Below are positions 27,104-32,000 of a stretch of 32,000 bases of DNA, piece by piece; position 1 is the first letter of the stretch; each line of letters opens with the position of its first letter. Made by a program: the position numbers and the translations under genes. The stretch comes from Aeropyrum pernix K1 (lineage in GTDB: Archaea > Thermoproteota > Thermoprotei_A > Sulfolobales > Acidilobaceae), in the NCBI RefSeq assembly GCF_000011125.1, contig NC_000854.2, forward strand, positions 810,001 through 842,000, given 5' to 3'. Under the pieces are notes generated by a model, which saw only the letters and a list, made by a program, of their open reading frames with translations, made no database searches and was not told where the DNA came from.

Positions 27104-27822
27104 ACAGGGAGGCCCGCGGGGAGTTTGCAGTACTAGTATCAGGCCTGGCCGCGGCAGCGTTCTCCTACAGCAGCGGAGGGCTCCTAGCCTCGGCCACGAT
27201 AGCCCTATCGACAGCTCTCGCCTTGTCCATCACTAGGCTCACAGGCTCCGGCGAGGCGGGAGGGCTCTCGGCGGTAGTCCTCGGGCTTGCTATATATGCT
27301 GCTGGCGCTAGGGCCGGGTCCATCATGGTTCTGGGAGGCGTGGCGTCTCTGGCCCTAGGCCTCCCTGGTGCGGTGATGCTCGCTCCGGCGGTAGCGATTG
27401 CCATCTTCCTAGCGGCTGTAGCCTGGGCCTCGAGCCTCCATGCCGAGTATGTATCCTGGAGGGCGATCTACCTCTGGGCTGTCGCCAGCGCCTCAGCCGC
27501 CTCGATAGTGATGGCAGGCAGAGGGAGGACCTCTATTGCATGGCAGGTGGCATGGGCGGTAAGGCAGCTGACCCCAGACCCTCCGGCCCTTAGGAGGATC
27601 GGGGCAGCGGTCCTATCAGCCTACCCAGCCCTCATGGCTGTCGCGGCGGGCGGCTACCCCGCAGCCATTATGGTGGGGATGGCTACACTGCTCACCTGGC
27701 GCAGACTGGGCGTTGAGACGGCTGCACTGGTAAGCCTAGCTGTAGGTGCACTCGCCGGGTTTGTGGGTCTTGTTGACTACGGGGTAGCCGTTGAGAGGAT
27801 AAACTCCCTGATAAAACAATAA
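27100..27822 (+). CDS. Hypothetical polytopic membrane protein
   Basis: 240 aa Ala/Leu-rich multi-TM ORF, TTG start overlapping the previous TGA stop (TTGA). Confidence 0.6.
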   Translation: MNREARGEFAVLVSGLAAAAFSYSSGGLLASATIALSTALALSITRLTGSGEAGGLSAVVLGLAIYAAGARAGSIMVLGGVASLALGLPGAVMLAPAVAIAIFLAAVAWASSLHAEYVSWRAIYLWAVASASAASIVMAGRGRTSIAWQVAWAVRQLTPDPPALRRIGAAVLSAYPALMAVAAGGYPAAIMVGMATLLTWRRLGVETAALVSLAVGALAGFVGLVDYGVAVERINSLIKQ

Positions 27823-27842
27823 CCCCCTGGGGTGCACTGAGG

Positions 27843-28043
27843 GTGGCTGGCAGGATTCTAGGGCATCCTGGATCTGGGAAATCGTTTCTGGGCGGCCTTG
27901 TTCTCGCCGCCTCTGGGATAGTGTTCTTCGGCATAAGCGTCTACACTATATATCAGGGGAGCGTGGCCGCCAGCCTACTCTCAGCAGCTATAGGGCTTGT
28001 GCTAGTTAGCCTGGGGGCTGATATGATGATGAGGGAGTCTTAA
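27843..28043 (+). CDS. Small two-helix membrane protein
   Basis: 66 aa; SFLGGLVLAASGIVFFGISVYTI...SLLSAAIGLVLVSLGADMMM; follows the previous ORF closely. Confidence 0.5.
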   Translation: MAGRILGHPGSGKSFLGGLVLAASGIVFFGISVYTIYQGSVAASLLSAAIGLVLVSLGADMMMRES

Positions 28044-28069
28044 AACATTGTGGAACGGTTAAAAAATCC

Positions 28070-28085
28070 TGTGTTACATAACACA
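28070..28085. repeat. Perfect palindrome TGTGTTA-CA-TAACACA between convergent genes
   Basis: Direct read: 7-bp arms, 2-nt centre. Confidence 0.6.
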
Positions 28086-28119
28086 CGCTGGCTTGGAGCC
28101 CGTGTTTCTATCCTCGTTG

Positions 28120-28290
28120 CTAGGCTTTGCCTAGCACTCTATAGAAGATCTTGCCGGTGTACGGGCTCTTGGCTTTGGCGAACCTAAACTTGCCCCTCTT
28201 AGTCTCCTTTATCTCGACTTCGTAGTTGTCAGTCTCGTAGTACTTCTTGGCGACTAGGTCGAAGAACTTTATCTTCTCCTTCTTGGGCAT
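28120..28290 (-). CDS. Small nucleic-acid-binding protein, CC1-like crenarchaeal chromatin protein
   Basis: Manual translation: MPKKEKIKFFDLVAKKYYETDNYEVEIKETKRGKFRFAKAKSPYTGKIFYRVLGKA (56 aa, stop TAG). Strong A-box TATATATAAATA at 28304-28315; below the ORF-track length cutoff. CC1 assignment rests on recalled family resemblance. Confidence 0.75.
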   Translation of the reverse strand: MPKKEKIKFFDLVAKKYYETDNYEVEIKETKRGKFRFAKAKSPYTGKIFYRVLGKA

Positions 28291-28303
28291 CCTTCAGCAC
28301 CGA

Positions 28304-28315
28304 GTATTTATATAT
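28304..28315 (-). promoter_or_regulatory. Archaeal A-box for the CC1-like gene
   Basis: Minus strand TATATATAAATA about 20 nt upstream of ATG 28290, predicting a leaderless or very short-leader mRNA. Confidence 0.65.
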
Positions 28316-28453
28316 AGACTAAGTGTTATTTAAGCTTTAGCGGCCGGTATTCGGTTATGAAGTCTGATCCAATGTAATACTGCCTAGCCCGCTTGTGTTG
28401 TGCAGGAAATATTCGACGACGCCACCTCTACATCGGTATTACAGGCGGCAACA

Positions 28454-28463
28454 GATATAAAAG
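28454..28463 (+). promoter_or_regulatory. Archaeal A-box for the ssb-like gene
   Basis: GATATAAAAG, about 65-70 nt upstream of ATG 28525. Confidence 0.55.
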
Positions 28464-28524
28464 GCCTGGATACACCTGGCCAAGTGGAGCATGAGGAGCG
28501 TTGGAAGGAGATAGAACCCGTATT

Positions 28525-28956
28525 ATGGACCTAAGGGAGGGTCTTAGGAACGTCTCGATCTCTGGCCGCGTCCTTGAGACGGGAGAGCCCAAGATGGTTG
28601 AAACCAAGAGAGGCCCTGCAACCCTGAGCGAAGCCGTTGTAGGCGATGAGAGTGGTAGGGTTAAGGTGACTCTCTGGGGAAGCCACGCGGGAACACTAAA
28701 GGAGGGCGAGGCCGTTAGGATAGAGGGCGCCTGGACAACCAGCTACAGGGGCAAAGTCCAGGTCAACGTCGGCAGAGAGTCGACCATAGAGAAGGTGGAC
28801 TCCGAGGATGTACCCCAAGCGGAGGACATACCCGAGGAGATGCCGGAGGCCCAGTATAGGGGCTTCGGGCAGAGGCAGCCTTACAGGAGCGGCGGTTTCG
28901 GCGGCTTCAGAGGAGGCGGCTACCAGCCCCGAAGAGGAGGCAGGAGGAGGTTCTAG
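28525..28956 (+). CDS. Single-stranded DNA-binding protein, crenarchaeal single OB-fold type
   Basis: MDLREGLRNVSISGRVLETGEPKMVETKRGPATLSEAVVGDESGRVKVTLWGSHAGTLKEGEAVRIEGAWTTSYRGKVQVNVG... plus Gly/Arg-rich tail, matching the SsoSSB layout. Track start is TTG 28501. Confidence 0.92.
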   Translation: MDLREGLRNVSISGRVLETGEPKMVETKRGPATLSEAVVGDESGRVKVTLWGSHAGTLKEGEAVRIEGAWTTSYRGKVQVNVGRESTIEKVDSEDVPQAEDIPEEMPEAQYRGFGQRQPYRSGGFGGFRGGGYQPRRGGRRRF

Positions 28957-29060
28957 TCTCCTCCACCGGATACCCCCTTGTATGGAAAGAACAGGATAAG
29001 ATAACTAGAGAGCGTTCTACGTGGTCTTCGAATATATTGATAACCCAATTTTTGGAATCC

Positions 29061-29086
29061 CGTCTCCTCGGCTTGCCGGGGAGATG
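29061..29086. repeat. 11-bp hairpin with a 4-nt loop just beyond the GNAT gene stop codon
   Basis: CGTCTCCTCGG-CTTG-CCGGGGAGATG; 9 Watson-Crick pairs plus two wobble positions. Confidence 0.5.
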
Positions 29087-29091
29087 TCTTG

Positions 29092-29682
29092 TCACCTTTC
29101 TCTGTTCTTCCCCTGAGAGGCGGCTATCTTGAGGGCTGCCGCCTCTACATCAACCTCCACTCTAACCAGCCCTGGCTGCTCTCTCAGCGTCCTGGCCCCC
29201 AGCTTCCTCGCCAGTGATATCGCTCTTTGATTGTCTGAGAGAACGTAGCCGTAGAGCTTTTTAACGCCTGCCGGCTTGAGTATAGATATCATCACGCTAG
29301 CGAGGATAGAGCCCAGGCCGTGGCCCTGGTAGTCCTCCCTAACAATTATCCCCCCCTCCGCCGCCCCGGTCTTTTCATCTACAAAGCTCTCTGCCATCCC
29401 CACGATCTCCCCCGTCGCGAGGTCCTCAGCCACAATAACGAGGGTGCATCTGTCGTGGAGGAGCCTGTCTATATAGGGGTCGAAGTATCTTACCACAGCG
29501 AAGAACCTGGTGTATATTGTCTCTTCCGAGAGGCTTTTGTAGAAGCGTATGAGCTTATCCCTGTCACCGGGGCAGAGGCCCCGTATCCTCACGCGGCGCC
29601 CGTTTCTGAGGGTCACCGTTCCGAACTCCTCCCCGCATAGGGGGCACGCCTCGGGAGGGTGTTGGGAGGATTGGGGGTGCAA
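29092..29682 (-). CDS. GNAT-family N-acetyltransferase with N-terminal CPLC element
   Basis: VRIRGLCPGDRDKLIRFYKSLSEETIYTRFF...GGIIVREDYQGHGLGSILASVMISILKPAGVKKLYGYVLSDNQRAISLARKLG; N-terminus PEACPLCGEEFG. Confidence 0.85.
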   Translation of the reverse strand: MHPQSSQHPPEACPLCGEEFGTVTLRNGRRVRIRGLCPGDRDKLIRFYKSLSEETIYTRFFAVVRYFDPYIDRLLHDRCTLVIVAEDLATGEIVGMAESFVDEKTGAAEGGIIVREDYQGHGLGSILASVMISILKPAGVKKLYGYVLSDNQRAISLARKLGARTLREQPGLVRVEVDVEAAALKIAASQGKNRER

Positions 29683-29724
29683 CTGGAGGACGCCTCCTCC
29701 ATTATTTGTTCTTTCCTGGTAGTA

Positions 29725-30888
29725 TTAGTTTCTAACCGTCCTCACCCGCGGGTACCGGCGGAGGAGGCCTATTATCCAGTAGGAGGCTATCTCCGCCTCC
29801 CTCCTACCCCCCCTTAGGACGGCCTCTACGGAGTGTCCTCTCACCGAGACTTTAACCGGCTTGAGGCCGAGGGCCTCTAGGAGGCGGGCCACCTCCCTCT
29901 CCCCTGCGGAGGGGAGTTTCGACAGGTCTCCGCACGGCCCCAGCCTGCAGGCCGCACACCCCTGGCCGTGGCTCTCCACGTTGGCGCTGCAGCTCGCGGG
30001 TAGCACTTTGAAGCCCATCTCCCTCGCCTTCGACGCTATCCTCTCCTTAAGGTCCCTCGAGTATATCGGCAGCTGCTCCCCCTTCCTGGGCCACCGGGGG
30101 AGGCGCCGCTCTATCTCGCCCATCTCGACGGCTCCCGAGGCTCTGAGGCGACGTAGTATACCTTCTGCAACGCGGAGGGTACCGAGTACAACCTTGTTCA
30201 CGCCAGCCCTGGCAGCCCTCGATAGTATGTCCTCGGCCTCCCTGTCAGTGACCCCCGGGATTATGGGTCTGAGGAACAGGGTGGCGCTCAAACCGGCCTC
30301 CACCAGCCTCCCCATGAACTCTATCCTCTCCTCCGGAGGCGATGCCCCCGGCTCCAGAGCCTTCCACCGGCTCAATGTAGTCATGGATACTAGGACGTCT
30401 ATCCTCGGGTCGGCAGCCTCTATAAACCTCTCGAGTAGGCCCCCCCTGAGCGCTGTCTTAGTGGATATCTGTTGCGGGTTCCCGAGCCACCGCCTTGTGG
30501 ACTCGAGATACTCTATGGCGCGCCAGGCGGTCTCCCTCATGAACGGCTCTGTAACGCTGCCGAAGGCTAGTAGAGTCCCTTTGGGGCCGGGGGCCACGTA
30601 GGGGTTTAGGGCTAGGGCTAGGGCGAGTTCGTCGCCTGAGAGGGGGTAGGGCTGGGGCTTGCCCGTGAAGCCCATGTCGTATATATAGCAGTAGAGGCAG
30701 CCGTAGCTGCAGCCAACTCCCGTGTGGATAGTCATACCGCAGGGTATTGGCCTCCTGCGGGCGTGCCAGTCTCTAGAGGCCCTCTTGAACCCCTCCTCAC
30801 CCACCCTACGCCTCAGCTCCTCGGCCACCAGCCTCTTGATGTGTACCGCATCGACTAGGCTCTTCACACTGTCCATACTAACCGCCAC
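29725..30888 (-). CDS. Radical SAM protein
   Basis: CSYGCLYCYIYDM (CX3CX2C) motif; additional Cys-rich region CSANVESHGQGCAACRLGPCG near the C-terminus. Confidence 0.9.
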   Translation of the reverse strand: MAVSMDSVKSLVDAVHIKRLVAEELRRRVGEEGFKRASRDWHARRRPIPCGMTIHTGVGCSYGCLYCYIYDMGFTGKPQPYPLSGDELALALALNPYVAPGPKGTLLAFGSVTEPFMRETAWRAIEYLESTRRWLGNPQQISTKTALRGGLLERFIEAADPRIDVLVSMTTLSRWKALEPGASPPEERIEFMGRLVEAGLSATLFLRPIIPGVTDREAEDILSRAARAGVNKVVLGTLRVAEGILRRLRASGAVEMGEIERRLPRWPRKGEQLPIYSRDLKERIASKAREMGFKVLPASCSANVESHGQGCAACRLGPCGDLSKLPSAGEREVARLLEALGLKPVKVSVRGHSVEAVLRGGRREAEIASYWIIGLLRRYPRVRTVRN

Positions 30889-31036
30889 CTCCAGGCTGCC
30901 TCAGCCAAATGCCTTCAACTCATCCCCACGGCGTGTCGTAGTCGGGAGTAGACATCATCGGCATGTCCGGGCTGGAGGCCTCCAGGCTCTATTTTTAGAT
31001 TACCCAGGCTATTCTATATACCCCGGCTGGCCGCTC

Positions 31037-32000
31037 ATGCCTCGGGTTAGAGTCGGGGTCGACGTCGGGGGAACCTTTACCGATATAGTGGTGTTTGATG
31101 GGGGCCTCCGGGTTCTCAAGGTTCTCACTACTCCCAAGAGGCCTGTGGAGGGTGTTATGAATGGGCTGTCTAGGGCTCTCGGAACCCTGGAGGGTGTGGA
31201 GGTCCTTGTGCACGCCACCACTATAGGGACAAACTTGTTCCTCGGACAGGTAGGGCTCCAGGCCCCTAGGATCGCACTTTTTGTCAACGAGGGGTTCAGG
31301 GACATTGTGGAGATCGGAAGGCAGAACAGGCCAAGCCTATACAACCCACTGTACCGGAGGCCGAAGCCCCTTGTACCGAGGGATCTGAGGATAGGTGTGA
31401 GGGGTAGGATAGGGCCGGATGGGGTTGAGATAGAGAGGCTCGACGTTGATGCTGTTAGAGAGTGGGCAGCCCGCCTCTGCAGGGAGGGGGTGAGGGTCTA
31501 TGCAGTCTCATTCCTCCACAGCCACCGCAACCCCCTGCACGAGAAGATGGCCGCCCAGGCGGTGGGGGAGGCGTGTCCAGGCGCCTACGTAGTCACGGGG
31601 CACGAGGTGGACCCCCAGCCGATGGAGTATGAGAGGACGAGCACCACAGTCGTCAACGCAGTCCTCAAGCCAATCCTCTCCACCTATCTCCAGGAGCTCC
31701 ACAGGCAGCTCCGGGACAGGGGGTTCAAGGGGGTCTTGCTCGTGATGCAGAGCAACGGGGGGGTGGCCGGTGTTGAAGAGGCTGTTGGGAGGCCCGCCGC
31801 ATTCATCGAGAGCGGGCCCAGCGCGGGAGCCGTTGCCGTGGCCTACTTCTCACGGCTCCAGAGGGTGGATCGGGCTCTCGGCTTCGACATGGGGGGTACG
31901 ACCGCCAAGGCCTCCAGCATAATAGACGGGGAGCCGGAGGTGGTCGACACCTACGAGGTGGGGGGAAGGGTGCACATGGGGAGGCTTATCAGGGGGAGCG
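31037..32000 (+). CDS. Hydantoinase/oxoprolinase A-type protein (HyuA-like), C-terminus cut by right window edge
   Basis: Continuous frame from ATG 31037: MPRVRVGVDVGGTFTDIVVFDGGLRVLKVLTTPKRP...LVHATTIGTNLFL...VTGHEVDPQPMEYERTSTTVVNAVLKPIL...FDMGGTTAKAS; no stop before 32000. Confidence 0.92.
   Translation, partial: MPRVRVGVDVGGTFTDIVVFDGGLRVLKVLTTPKRPVEGVMNGLSRALGTLEGVEVLVHATTIGTNLFLGQVGLQAPRIALFVNEGFRDIVEIGRQNRPSLYNPLYRRPKPLVPRDLRIGVRGRIGPDGVEIERLDVDAVREWAARLCREGVRVYAVSFLHSHRNPLHEKMAAQAVGEACPGAYVVTGHEVDPQPMEYERTSTTVVNAVLKPILSTYLQELHRQLRDRGFKGVLLVMQSNGGVAGVEEAVGRPAAFIESGPSAGAVAVAYFSRLQRVDRALGFDMGGTTAKASSIIDGEPEVVDTYEVGGRVHMGRLIRGS

Noticed and set aside
28023-28045. C-box-like ATGATGA (C/D sRNA)
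   Set aside because: Lies in the end of the 66 aa ORF and no D-box CTGA follows at suitable distance.
29861-30601. 246 aa plus-strand ORF
   Set aside because: Antisense to the radical SAM gene that has the CX3CX2C motif; composition typical of a shadow frame.
1-32000. CRISPR array, transposon or provirus
   Set aside because: No regularly spaced repeats, transposase/integrase-like proteins or terminal repeats seen by eye in any part of the window.

Overview
Dense, GC-rich hyperthermophilic crenarchaeal DNA. AGG/ATA codon use, gene content and A-box promoters suggest an Aeropyrum-like genome; this is inference, with no database search. Main blocks, left to right: (1) a RibD-type reductase, a large HD-domain phosphohydrolase, an orphan 166 aa protein and a histone-deacetylase-fold hydrolase; (2) a membrane-anchored surface protein divergent from a respiratory nitrate reductase cluster (Tat-dependent NarG, NarH, an EbdC/DdhC-like gamma subunit, a histidine-free polytopic membrane protein, a NarJ/TorD-like chaperone); (3) a complete Liv-type ABC importer with an acyl-CoA synthetase gene inside it and a second, motif-degenerate adenylate-forming enzyme divergently transcribed; (4) a DUF4129 / DUF4350 / MoxR / DUF58 cluster with two orphan membrane proteins; (5) a CC1-like nucleic-acid-binding protein missing from the supplied ORF track, divergent from an SsoSSB-like OB-fold SSB; (6) a GNAT acetyltransferase, a radical SAM protein and the 5' part of a HyuA-like hydantoinase running off the right edge. 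The most anomalous sequence signal is a sharply bounded patch of about 38 codons in moxR (25175-25288), over the Walker B region, where 28 of 38 codons end in T. No CRISPR array, transposase, tRNA or rRNA was recognised.
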